DNA of 64,000 nucleotides from Chloroflexota bacterium (GTDB lineage: Bacteria; Chloroflexota; Ktedonobacteria; Ktedonobacterales; JADMIN01): positions 137,346-201,345 of the forward strand of contig JAJPKE010000005.1 in the NCBI GenBank assembly GCA_021323855.1, in the 5' to 3' direction. A program made the position numbers and the translations under genes. The notes beneath the pieces are model-generated. The model ran no database searches and was not told the origin of the DNA. It worked only from the letters and a program-made list of their open reading frames with translations. Shown here one piece after another: positions 48,230 through 56,801 of this stretch. Each line of letters opens with the position of its first letter. The first letter of the stretch is position 1.

Positions 48230-48408
48230 GACGCATCCTCACGATACCATACGTTAGCCTGTACCGTCAAGCGCCGATGTTTCAGCGACTGCGCCAGTGA
48301 AAATCATCTGCTATCCCCTGATATTACGTGGTATAATCGCTGCGCGGTGCCTTTGGCGTGCTGCAAGTGATTGACCAAATACGAAAGGCGATTGAAAGGA
48401 CTAGCTGG

Positions 48409-48867
48409 ATGAAGTTGGCGGAAGCCCTCATATTACGTGGAGACATTCAGAAACGTCTAGCACAACTTCAGGACCGTCTCAAGCGAAGCGCCTGGGTTCA
48501 GGAAGGCGAACAGCCACATGAGGACCCGGCAAAGCTGCGTGGGCAGGTCGCGTCACTCATCAAACAGTTGCAAGAACTGATCTATCAGATCAATCAGGCG
48601 AATATGACCACGCGGCTCGCATCAGGCATGACGTTGACGGAAGCATTGGCGCTACGCGATGCGCTCACATTGCATCAAAATGTCCTGCGGTCTGTCGCTG
48701 ATGCTGCTTCAGAACGGGTGGACCGTATTGGGCGCGCGGAAATCAGGCGCATCCCGACTATTGATGTGCCACAATTACGGGACGAGATTGACCAGCTTGC
48801 CAAAGAGCGTAGGGAAATAGATACCGCAATTCAGGCCGCCAATTGGGCGACGGATTTATCGGAATAG
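48409..48867 (+). CDS. DIP1984-family (septicolysin-like) protein
   Basis: ATG 48409. MKLAEALILRGDIQKRLAQLQDRL opening typical of the family. Confidence 0.65.
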   Translation: MKLAEALILRGDIQKRLAQLQDRLKRSAWVQEGEQPHEDPAKLRGQVASLIKQLQELIYQINQANMTTRLASGMTLTEALALRDALTLHQNVLRSVADAASERVDRIGRAEIRRIPTIDVPQLRDEIDQLAKERREIDTAIQAANWATDLSE

Positions 48868-49103
48868 TCAGCAGAGTGAGCCGGTAGCTGGTAGGATTGT
48901 AGCGAACACAGGCGGCAACTGCCGAAGTTGCACAGGTTGTCTCTGGGGCGAGGCAAGCAGGAGCATACCCTGTCAATGTTCTGCCTGGCATTGTTACTCC
49001 CGCACTTCGTACCCTACACATTGCACTACCGTGTGTTGGACAATTGCTATCAGTGAGGGTGGGTAAGGGGCACTCACTCTGCTTCATCTAATATCTGCTC
49101 CAC

Positions 49104-49808
49104 CTAATAAACGAATGTCGAATGGTCGGCGTCTATGATAGCTCCGCGCCCATTGACACCGAAGTAGTCGCGCAGTCCGGTGAGGAAATCGGATAGCATG
49201 GCATTGGCGACCGCCTCGCCAACCTCTCCGAGTATCTCTGAGAGCAGCAGCGCATGGGTGGTCTCGTGTGAGATGAGGCCGGCGCGCGATTGCCGCCAGA
49301 TGAAATGCCGCGTGATGACGGTATGGCCGTCGGTATAGGCAACCTCACCCGCTGGAACGGGAATCGCCTCCGGCGCGTCCAGCGCAAAGAAGGTATCGCC
49401 TTCGGTCGTCAGCCGCAGCTCAACCGGCCCGGCTAGCTGGCCGAGATCGAACGCGCCCGCAGGGACGAAGTGACGCAGCGACAGCGCATTGTACCAGTCC
49501 ACCAGCGGATTGATGGTGAATGGTTCGCCGCCTTTGAGCGCGCGACGCAGCAGCGCTTCGGCGGATGAGGGGAACTCTTTGCCGGAGATGCCCTGTGCCT
49601 TGAAACGTTCGCGCCAGGGTGCAATGCGCGGATGTGACTGCGCGTTGCCATACGGCGCGGCGGCTGTGGCAGCCGCCGCCCATGCCTCACGCCAGGCGGC
49701 CTCTATCTGCGGGCGCGGCGTGGCGTTGTCCAGCCCTTCCGCGCTGGCAATGGCGATCCGTATGCCAGGGAAACGCGCAAATATTTCTGGATGCGCTATG
49801 AACTCCAT
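49104..49808 (-). CDS. B3/B4 tRNA-binding domain protein (PheT-related)
   Basis: 234-aa ORF with overall resemblance to stand-alone B3_4 domain proteins (IAIASAEGLDN..., NPLVDWYNALSLRHFVPAGAFD). Confidence 0.65.
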   Translation of the reverse strand: MEFIAHPEIFARFPGIRIAIASAEGLDNATPRPQIEAAWREAWAAAATAAAPYGNAQSHPRIAPWRERFKAQGISGKEFPSSAEALLRRALKGGEPFTINPLVDWYNALSLRHFVPAGAFDLGQLAGPVELRLTTEGDTFFALDAPEAIPVPAGEVAYTDGHTVITRHFIWRQSRAGLISHETTHALLLSEILGEVGEAVANAMLSDFLTGLRDYFGVNGRGAIIDADHSTFVY

Positions 49809-49821
49809 GAGGGTCCTTCTA

Positions 49822-50094
49822 TCAGCCCACCACTGACTTGCGGCGGCAACTGGTCATGAATGCGCCCTGGCGGGTATAGAGTGAGATGGCGCGCCCTGTG
49901 CAGGATTCGCACGCCTCGATGACGATAGCGCCGATATGCGTCCCTTCGAGCCGCGTTTGCAACATATGGGTATCGCAGAAGTGCTGGTTACAGCTAAAAC
50001 ACTCGTTGACGCCATTGTTCTTGCAGCCCTCGACACTGCACCGATACATGCTAAATCCATAGCGCCCCACCCCAGCATCTTCTGCGTCTGCCAT
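49822..50094 (-). CDS. Small Cys-rich putative zinc-finger protein
   Basis: 90-aa ORF. CSVEGCKNNGVNECFSCNQHFCDTH plus CESC. Ends 13 nt before the B3/B4 gene start. Confidence 0.45.
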   Translation of the reverse strand: MADAEDAGVGRYGFSMYRCSVEGCKNNGVNECFSCNQHFCDTHMLQTRLEGTHIGAIVIEACESCTGRAISLYTRQGAFMTSCRRKSVVG

Positions 50095-50324
50095 GCGTCC
50101 CCATACCTTTTATTTATGTTGTGATTGTTCTGTTTGCCGTGAAGCTGCGCCTGCCTGCAACCGGGCACTCCCATTGCCTCAGCCTTTGCTTTGCATTGTG
50201 GAGAAGAAAACGCACTGTTGTCAATGCCCAAATACACACAAGAACACGAGTGGGCAAAAACTGGCGTATAACGAAACGATATGATATTGCTCGATCAGGG
50301 GATTCAAACATTAGGAGACCTGGC

Positions 50325-51413
50325 GTGGACAGCGCAGAGATAGCGAAGCGGCGCTTAATCAACCAGCGTATCATCGGTGAACGATGCGATCAGCCGGAGG
50401 AAGTGGTCAGGTGGATGGGGGCGATGCAGGCGCAGGATTATCAGCAGGCCGTCTGGGCAGTTGGGCTGCGCACACGCGCCGCTGGGCTGGCGGAGGTCGA
50501 GCAGGCCATTGCCGGGGGGAAGATTGTCCGCACCTGGCCGCAGCGCGGCACGCTGCATTTCGTCGCGGCGGAAGATGCGAAGTGGATGTTAGACGTATCG
50601 GCGCAGCGCCGTCTGGCGGCGGACGCCACCCGGCGGCGGCAGTTGGAACTCGATGACCAGACGGTAGGCCGCTGTGGCGAACTCTTTCAGGCGGCGCTAG
50701 CGAGTGGCAAACGGTTGACCCGTTCCGCCATGATGCAACTGTTGGAAGATGCGCAGATTTCCACTACCGGGCAGCGCGGCTATCATCTGCTGTGGTATCA
50801 CGCGCAGGCAGGCCTCATCTGCCAGGGACCACTGGATGGGAAAGAGCAGACGTTTATGCTGCTGGATGAGTGGGTGCCCACATCGCGGCAGCTTTCACGT
50901 GAGGCATCACTGGCAGAACTGGCCGGGCGCTACTTTGCCAGCCACGGACCGGCCACGCTCGACGACTTCGCCGGTTGGGCCGGGCTGACCCTCACCGACG
51001 CGCGCATCGGCCTCGATGCGGTACAGTCCACACTCGTCGCGGAAAAGAGCGAGGGAAAAGCATACTGGCTTGCTGGCGATGCGCCCGATCATCAGATGCA
51101 GGAGGCAACAGATATCCATCTGCTGCCCGGCTTCGACGAATATCTGCTGGGATACAAGGACCGTAGCGACGTGCTGGCCGTGGAACATGCACCCAAAGTC
51201 GTTCCCGGCGGTAACGGCGTATTCTTCCCCATCATCGTTGTGAATGGTCAGGTGGTTGGCACCTGGAAGCGCAGTATCAAGAAGAACGCCGTCACCATTA
51301 CGCTGACGCCATTTGCGCCGCTTGCCACTCCAGAAGATGTGCTTTCCGCAGCCGCCGGACGCTTCAGCGATTTTCTTGGTATGCCGCTCTCAGTGATATC
51401 GGTAGAGGGATGA
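50325..51413 (+). CDS. Winged-helix DNA glycosylase YcaQ/AlkZ family (DUF1006)
   Basis: AGGAGA then GTG 50325. AKRRLINQRI...VVRWMGAMQAQDY opening typical of the family. Confidence 0.7.
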   Translation: MDSAEIAKRRLINQRIIGERCDQPEEVVRWMGAMQAQDYQQAVWAVGLRTRAAGLAEVEQAIAGGKIVRTWPQRGTLHFVAAEDAKWMLDVSAQRRLAADATRRRQLELDDQTVGRCGELFQAALASGKRLTRSAMMQLLEDAQISTTGQRGYHLLWYHAQAGLICQGPLDGKEQTFMLLDEWVPTSRQLSREASLAELAGRYFASHGPATLDDFAGWAGLTLTDARIGLDAVQSTLVAEKSEGKAYWLAGDAPDHQMQEATDIHLLPGFDEYLLGYKDRSDVLAVEHAPKVVPGGNGVFFPIIVVNGQVVGTWKRSIKKNAVTITLTPFAPLATPEDVLSAAAGRFSDFLGMPLSVISVEG

Positions 51414-51424
51414 TAGAGCGAAAT

Positions 51425-51535
51425 TCGCGGCAGTAAACTGCCGGCGCACAGAAAATGGACTGAAGCCCCACACCCGCCCGCAGATACTGTGGCTTCAGCC
51501 GGTCGTCACCGTACTCCGGCTTTTCAAAGCCGAGA
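51425..51535. repeat. Family B mini-hairpin array (copy B3)
   Basis: TCGCGGCAGTAAACTGCCGGCGCAC (same 25-mer as 20683), GGCTTCAGCC, and CCGGCTTTTCAAAGCCGAG (exact reverse complement of the B1 unit). Confidence 0.8.
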
Positions 51536-51567
51536 GTGTCATGCTCACATTGCAATACAGCAAATGT

Positions 51568-52527
51568 TCACTTGCGTGAGAAGCCGCGATTGACCAGATA
51601 GATGCCAGCTAGCGCCACCAGCCCGCCGAGCAGTTGCCGCGAGGCCAGCGCCTCACCCAGCAGCGGCACCGCGAAGAGCGCCGTCAGCACCGGCTGGCCG
51701 AGCAGGGTCGCGGAGACGATGGCGGCGGGCAGATGCCCCAGCGCGTAATTGATCGCCAGCCAGCCGATCACCTGCGAGATGATGCCCAATTCCAGCAGCG
51801 AGAGATAGACATGCGGCGGAAATCCCCACAGCGTTTGATGCGTGGCGAGGTTGAAGAGCAGCAGCAAGAGCGCGCCGGTGAGGCCGGGAATCCAGAGCGA
51901 GGAGAGCGTATCCATCTTCGCGCGGATGCGTTGCATGGCAAGCAGATAGCCGGCATACGAAACGCCAGCCGTCAGCGCCAGCGCGTCGCCAACGCCTGGG
52001 CCGGACCGCGAGAAGGCATCGCCGCCAACGATGATGCCCATGCCAATGAGACCGAGCGCCAGACCAACCCAATACGGCAGCCGCAGCTTCTCGCGGAAGA
52101 GGAGCAGCGAGCCAAGCCCGACGATGATCGGCGCGTCATTGGCCAGCAGCGTAGCATTGGCCGCTGAGGTGCGAAAGAGCGAGGTGTTCCAGAGCGCCAG
52201 ATCGAGCGCGAAGAAGATGCCGGAAGCCGCCGCCAGTAGCCAGACCCGACGGTCCGGCGACACCGCGCCACGCGAGACGCTGCGGCCAAAAGGAATCGCC
52301 AGCACCACCACCCCAATGCCAACACGATAGAATGCCGACACCGTGCCAGGGATGCCCGCCTGCCGGGTGAAGATGGCCGAGAGCGCGATGCAGACGATGC
52401 CCAGCGCCAGCGCCAGATAGACACGCACCCGCGACGTGGCGGCGCGCTGCGCAGGCGTGGTAGCCGCAGGCGTTGAACCGGCGGGTAGCGTGTGCGCACC
52501 GGAGACGCCGGAGATAGATTTCGACAT
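51568..52527 (-). CDS. DMT/EamA family transporter
   Basis: Start moved to ATG 52527 to avoid overlap. 10-TM-like pattern. Confidence 0.8.
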   Translation of the reverse strand: MSKSISGVSGAHTLPAGSTPAATTPAQRAATSRVRVYLALALGIVCIALSAIFTRQAGIPGTVSAFYRVGIGVVVLAIPFGRSVSRGAVSPDRRVWLLAAASGIFFALDLALWNTSLFRTSAANATLLANDAPIIVGLGSLLLFREKLRLPYWVGLALGLIGMGIIVGGDAFSRSGPGVGDALALTAGVSYAGYLLAMQRIRAKMDTLSSLWIPGLTGALLLLLFNLATHQTLWGFPPHVYLSLLELGIISQVIGWLAINYALGHLPAAIVSATLLGQPVLTALFAVPLLGEALASRQLLGGLVALAGIYLVNRGFSRK

Positions 52528-52558
52528 GAGAAACACCTGATTATTGGGTTTATCCCAA

Positions 52559-53122
52559 CTATTCTGTCTTTGTTTGCAATCGTTCGATGATCTGGTCAAC
52601 TGACAGTACATCAGCGAACTGCGTCATGTTGGCAAGCGTCGTCTCCTGCACCTGCTGATGCGAGATCGGGCGGCCATTCAGCTTCAGCGCGCGGGCGGCA
52701 GTGCCATCGGCGGCGAAAAGAATGTGATAGTCGCGCTCGCTCGCCTGTCGTGTCGTCGTATCGCAGCACATCTGCGTCATATAGCCGCAGATCACCACGG
52801 TATCCGCCTGCGCCTGTCGCAGATACGATTCGAGCGGCGTCTGCGTGAAGGAGCCAGGAAAGTGCTTGACAATCTGCGGCTCCTCTGGGCGCACTTCCAG
52901 ACCAGGATAGAGGTCCGCACCGAGGCTGCCAGGGACAAAAACGCCCTCCGTCGCGCCAAGCTCCTCGTGCCGCATATGCAGGATGGGCGTCTGTTGCGCA
53001 CGCGCCGCCGCCAGCAGCGCATTGATGCGCGCCAGCGCAGGCTCACCCTCCGGCAGCACCCATTTGCCGTGTGGCGCGAAATATTCGTTCTGCACGTCAA
53101 TCACAATGATGGCTGGTTTCAT
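52559..53122 (-). CDS. Isochorismatase-family cysteine hydrolase
   Basis: 187-aa ORF. MKPAIIVIDVQNEYF, VVICGYMTQMCC (catalytic Cys context). Confidence 0.85.
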   Translation of the reverse strand: MKPAIIVIDVQNEYFAPHGKWVLPEGEPALARINALLAAARAQQTPILHMRHEELGATEGVFVPGSLGADLYPGLEVRPEEPQIVKHFPGSFTQTPLESYLRQAQADTVVICGYMTQMCCDTTTRQASERDYHILFAADGTAARALKLNGRPISHQQVQETTLANMTQFADVLSVDQIIERLQTKTE

Positions 53123-53149
53123 CGTTCGCCGCTCCTCTTGTTACATCAT

Positions 53150-53206
53150 CCTCACCCCGCCCTTCGGGCACCCCTCTCCTCGCAAGGAGAGGGGCTGGGG
53201 GTGAGG
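53150..53206. repeat. Family A GC-rich palindromic element (hairpin flanked by CCTCACCCC / GGGGTGAGG)
   Basis: CCTCACCCCGCCCTTCGGGCACCCCTCTCCTCGCAAGGAGAGGGGCTGGGGGTGAGG, 3' of the stop at 53221. Confidence 0.85.
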
Positions 53207-53220
53207 ATTTCCATACATGA

Positions 53221-54174
53221 TTAGCTTTCCAGATTGCCGCTTCCCGCTGCAACGGAGACCCGCGCAGCGCGAGCGGCAGCGTAGCGTCGCCACCAGAGAC
53301 CGATGGTACCATTGGTCGCCATCGTACCCAGCAACACCAGCGCCAGCCCGGCCAGGCTATTCCAGGTGATGACCTCTTTGTTGAAGAGAGCGCCCCAGAA
53401 GAGCGCGGTACAGGGCAAGAGATACGTCACGATGGAAGTGCGAGTTGCGCCGACATGGCGAATCAGCCAGAAGTAGAGCAGGTAGGCCACGGCGGTGCCC
53501 AGGATGCCAAGTTCCGCCATCGCAATCAGCGCGCGCAGCGTCGGCAGATGCGTTGGCGGCGCCCAGAGCAGCGCCACCGGAATGACGATGATGAGCGCGC
53601 TCGTCTGCATCGTCAGCGGGCCGACTAGCGGTGACGAACCGGCAAAGCGACGGCTCAGCAGCGCCCCCACGCCATACGACAGGGCGGCGATCAACACGGC
53701 AATCTCACCGATGAGTTGCGGCACGTTGTTGCCCGCAAAATGCAACGCAGCGGGACCGACCAGCACACCGACACCGAGAAAGCCCAGCAGAACACCCACG
53801 CCACGCTGCCAGGTGAGCGGCTCGCGGTCGCCACCCCACCAGTTCGCCAGCAATACGGTAAAGAGCGGCGTCGTCGCGTTCAGAATCGAAGCGACGCCAC
53901 TGGCGATCTGCTGCTCACCGGCGGAGATCAGCAGGAACGGCAGAACGTTGTTGACAACGCCTACCAGGACACCCAGCTTCCAGTAGCGCCGCCAACCTGC
54001 GATGAGCTTCGGCTGCACGGCGACGATGACGCCCAGCGTGGCGACGGAGAACGCCAGCCGCCCCACCACGAGCGTAGCAGGCGACACATCTTTGACGCCA
54101 AGCGCGATAAATAAAAACGAGACGCCCCAGAACAGCGCCAGTGTAAACAACACCAGGTATTCACGAACACGCAT
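53221..54174 (-). CDS. DMT/EamA family transporter
   Basis: 317-aa ORF, two EamA-like halves. Confidence 0.8.
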   Translation of the reverse strand: MRVREYLVLFTLALFWGVSFLFIALGVKDVSPATLVVGRLAFSVATLGVIVAVQPKLIAGWRRYWKLGVLVGVVNNVLPFLLISAGEQQIASGVASILNATTPLFTVLLANWWGGDREPLTWQRGVGVLLGFLGVGVLVGPAALHFAGNNVPQLIGEIAVLIAALSYGVGALLSRRFAGSSPLVGPLTMQTSALIIVIPVALLWAPPTHLPTLRALIAMAELGILGTAVAYLLYFWLIRHVGATRTSIVTYLLPCTALFWGALFNKEVITWNSLAGLALVLLGTMATNGTIGLWWRRYAAARAARVSVAAGSGNLES

Positions 54175-54202
54175 TGCTTCTTGTACCCCATCTCCCCGTA
54201 AA

Positions 54203-54242
54203 CCCCCACCCCTAACCCCTCCCCCGTGCGCGGGAGAGGGGA
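54203..54242. repeat. Family A GC-rich palindromic element (first hairpin)
   Basis: CCCCCACCCCTAACCCCTCCCCCGTGCGCGGGAGAGGGGA, 3' of the gntR-family stop at 54290. Confidence 0.8.
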
Positions 54243-54289
54243 ACTAGAGGCGCGGGTTGGCGTTCAAGCCACTCTTGCTACAATGCGTT

Positions 54290-55024
54290 TCACCCCGTTG
54301 TGGTTGCAGTTGTGGACGCTAAAAGTTGGTTTGGTTGATCTAGACTCTCTGTATGATCCGGCTGGTCTGGATAGTCAGGATTGATCCAGCGCAGGCCGCG
54401 TTCCCAGTTGCGAATCAGCACACGCCGGGCGGTTGGCGCATCGCGTTGCTCCAACGCCGCGATCAATTCAGCGTGGTCTGCAATGGAGGCGCTACGGTCG
54501 GCGCTGCCCCAGAAGGCGCGTTCGATACGCCGCACCTTATATTTCAGTTCAGCCAGCGTGTTGATGAGTTCCTGGTTGCCGCTCTGCTCGATGAAGGCGC
54601 CATGAATGGTTGTATCGGCGGTGAGCGCAGCGGCAGGGTCACAGGCTTTCAGGGCCGCCGCCAGATCATCGTTGGCGCGGCGCATCGTCGCCAGCGCCGC
54701 GTCGTCCATGCGCGTCAGCGCCAGGCCAATCGCCAGCTCTTCGAGTGTCGCAACTATCGGATAGACCTCACGCGCCTGCTTCAGCGAAACGGGACTGACC
54801 TGGGTGCGGCGGTTGGCGGTCGTCACGGCCAGTCCGTCGTCTTCCAGCCGCTGCAACGCCTCGCGGACGGGCGTGCGGCTCATCCCCAGCGCCTCCGCCA
54901 GCGCCTCATCGCGCAGTGGCTCGCCAGGGGCGAGCGTACCATCAAGAATCCAATCGCGCAGGCGATCATACGCCTCATCGCGCAGGCAGACGCGCGAAAC
55001 AGCAATCGTTTCCGGCACTGGCAT
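54290..55024 (-). CDS. GntR-family transcriptional regulator (FadR/FCD subfamily)
   Basis: 244-aa ORF. wHTH (LRDEALAEALGMSRTPVREALQRLEDDGL) plus helical FCD-like C-terminus. Confidence 0.85.
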   Translation of the reverse strand: MPVPETIAVSRVCLRDEAYDRLRDWILDGTLAPGEPLRDEALAEALGMSRTPVREALQRLEDDGLAVTTANRRTQVSPVSLKQAREVYPIVATLEELAIGLALTRMDDAALATMRRANDDLAAALKACDPAAALTADTTIHGAFIEQSGNQELINTLAELKYKVRRIERAFWGSADRSASIADHAELIAALEQRDAPTARRVLIRNWERGLRWINPDYPDQPDHTESLDQPNQLLASTTATTTG

Positions 55025-55056
55025 AACAGCACCTCCAAGTCATGTGAAATGAATAC

Positions 55057-55064
55057 TGTATACA
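55057..55064. promoter_or_regulatory. Candidate GntR-type operator half-palindrome TGTATACA
   Basis: Perfect 8-bp palindrome 33 nt upstream of the regulator start. GT..AC cores are typical of GntR operators. Confidence 0.3.
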
Positions 55065-55107
55065 ATATACGGAAACAAGACATGCAAATGCAAGGGATGC
55101 GTGAGAC

Positions 55108-55141
55108 AAAAAAATCCGGCGCATCGCTCGTGCTGCGCCGG
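55108..55141 (-). terminator. Intrinsic terminator
   Basis: On the minus strand, TCCGGCGCA-loop-TGCGCCGGA followed by T7 (A-run 55108-55114 on plus). 20 nt after the stop at 55161. Confidence 0.85.
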
Positions 55142-55160
55142 AGAGAAATAGCGATCATTA

Positions 55161-55523
55161 CTACTTGGTGTAGCGCGTACCGGAAGCGCCGAGCGCCTCG
55201 CGGCCAATGCCAATGGCGCAGAAGACGCCGATGGATTCGGTGATGAGGAACATGGCGATCCAGAGCCACCAGAAGCCTAATTGCAGCGCATGTGAACCAG
55301 GGGCGAAGCAAATCCAGAAGACGACGAAGGCCGGCGCCACGATCAACGCCGCGCAGAGCAGATAGACCAGCAACCTGCCCAGCCCTTGCTGCGCGGGGCT
55401 GGCGAAGTTCTTGGGCGCGCGGTAGCCCTGGCCCGGACCGGCTTTAGGTATCTCGACGAAGACACGGTTATCGGTCTTCTGGCCGCTGGCTCCGCTGGGA
55501 GATGCTGGTGTATTGGTACTCAT
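55161..55523 (-). CDS. Small membrane protein (two to three TM helices)
   Basis: Start moved to ATG 55523 (MSTNTPAS). Hydrophobic C-terminal two-thirds. Confidence 0.55.
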   Translation of the reverse strand: MSTNTPASPSGASGQKTDNRVFVEIPKAGPGQGYRAPKNFASPAQQGLGRLLVYLLCAALIVAPAFVVFWICFAPGSHALQLGFWWLWIAMFLITESIGVFCAIGIGREALGASGTRYTK

Positions 55524-55654
55524 ACTTACGCTCTTTTGCCTCGCTCTTTCTTCGTTGATTGCGCGGCGCCCATACAGCAGCGGACGCACGCCCGCACTCT
55601 TTATCAAGTGTAGAGGTTTCGCCAGCGCGCGTCAAGTTTGGGAGCCAATGGAAG

Positions 55655-55900
55655 CTAGCCGCTCTTGCGCTGTGGCTGGATGTGTTTGCGTTCGTATTCT
55701 TTCAAGGCATCGAGAATCCCTTGCCGAATACGATACATGCGAAAGAGCGCAGCACGCGCCCGGTCCAGCCTAGCAGAATCGTTCTGCGCCTGGAAGACAT
55801 CTCGTTCGCGCTCCGAACATTCGGCGTTAATATCCTCTAGCGCATGCCGATACCCCTCGTACTCGTCAACTGTGGTGATAGGTGGCTGTGTTTCTTTCAT
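55655..55900 (-). CDS. Small helical hypothetical protein
   Basis: 81-aa ORF, charged helical composition. Starts 21 nt after the NTase stop. AT-richer region. Confidence 0.5.
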   Translation of the reverse strand: MKETQPPITTVDEYEGYRHALEDINAECSERERDVFQAQNDSARLDRARAALFRMYRIRQGILDALKEYERKHIQPQRKSG

Positions 55901-55921
55901 AGGGGTCGTCTTTCTCCTCGC

Positions 55922-56386
55922 TTAGAGCGAAAGGACTATAATACCTTTAGGCTGGTTGCTGCGCGTCCGGGTAAAGACGTTCACTAAATGGCGCCGCTGC
56001 ACGGGATCAGCATGTATGTCGAAGTAAGTCGCTGGAATCGGGCATTCGTTGTTGAAAAAGTCACGAATCTCGATTTCATCGAAGACATCTGTTAGGATCA
56101 AGATGTCCACATCATTTGGCGACTGCTTACTCGTCACGAAACTTCCGTCAATGTACACTATCATATCCGGCGCCAGCGTTTGCAATTTGATGAGCGCCGG
56201 GAGAGCGTCTTGTAACGCCTGATTCAATTCCTGGCGTTCAACCGTAATTGGAGGAAACATCGTCACGATTTCAGTAATAGTAGCCTGATACTCTCCTGGC
56301 GGAAGAGTGCCATTGGGCTGCAACGGAGGAATGGGCACAATACACACCTTTTCAATAAACGAAACCACGAAACTCCAATGCCTCAA
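55922..56386 (-). CDS. Minimal Pol-beta-fold nucleotidyltransferase (DUF6932-like)
   Basis: NGTLPPGEYQATITEIV opening and YIDGSFVTSKQSPNDVDILI (GS...DxD). Alternative GTG start at 56338. Confidence 0.6.
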   Translation of the reverse strand: MRHWSFVVSFIEKVCIVPIPPLQPNGTLPPGEYQATITEIVTMFPPITVERQELNQALQDALPALIKLQTLAPDMIVYIDGSFVTSKQSPNDVDILILTDVFDEIEIRDFFNNECPIPATYFDIHADPVQRRHLVNVFTRTRSNQPKGIIVLSL

Positions 56387-56532
56387 TCACTCTTGGATAT
56401 ATACCCACAAAGCGGCGAAAAGCGGAAAAATATCGCTAGCTATTAGGAGCGCATACCAAAGCACACATCTCGGTATGCGCGCGGAATAGTCCTTGCGTGG
56501 AGGTGCAGGTATCACAACATGTGGCAATACCA

Positions 56533-56561
56533 TTTGACAAGAGTCGCACGAGCCGGTAGCA
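56533..56561 (+). promoter_or_regulatory. Sigma-70-type promoter for the glmS leader
   Basis: TTGACA (56533-38), 17-nt spacer, TAGCAT (56556-61). Confidence 0.55.
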
Positions 56562-56621
56562 TGTAGGGGACTGAGGTTGCCATTCAGGCAGCTATCGGCC
56601 AAACAACTATTGTCGGGACGA

Positions 56622-56790
56622 GTAGCGCAAGGGCTGGCATGGGAGGACGCCAGTTGACGAGGTGGAGGCCGTTCGGATCATCAGCGGGGAGCCTCCAGGG
56701 TGCAAGCCATCACCCTCCTCAAAGGTCGTGGGCAAATCCGGCGGGCGACTGCCGGGACAGGACACGGCCAGTGGCGCAATACAGAAAGGA
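56622..56790 (+). ncRNA. glmS ribozyme (GlcN6P-dependent self-cleaving leader)
   Basis: A/GCGC at 56622-27. CGCCAGTTGACGAGGTGGAGG ... GCGGGGAGCCTCC matches the conserved core (GUUGACGAGG-GGAGG, GGCGGAUG-CCUCC). Directly upstream of glmS. Confidence 0.8.
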
Positions 56791-56801
56791 ATATGCCGTA
56801 G

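Noticed and set aside
55655-55900. The small protein next to the minimal NTase as a HEPN toxin (a classical MNT-HEPN pair).
   Set aside because: It has no Rx4-6H motif, and 81 aa is shorter than typical HEPN domains.
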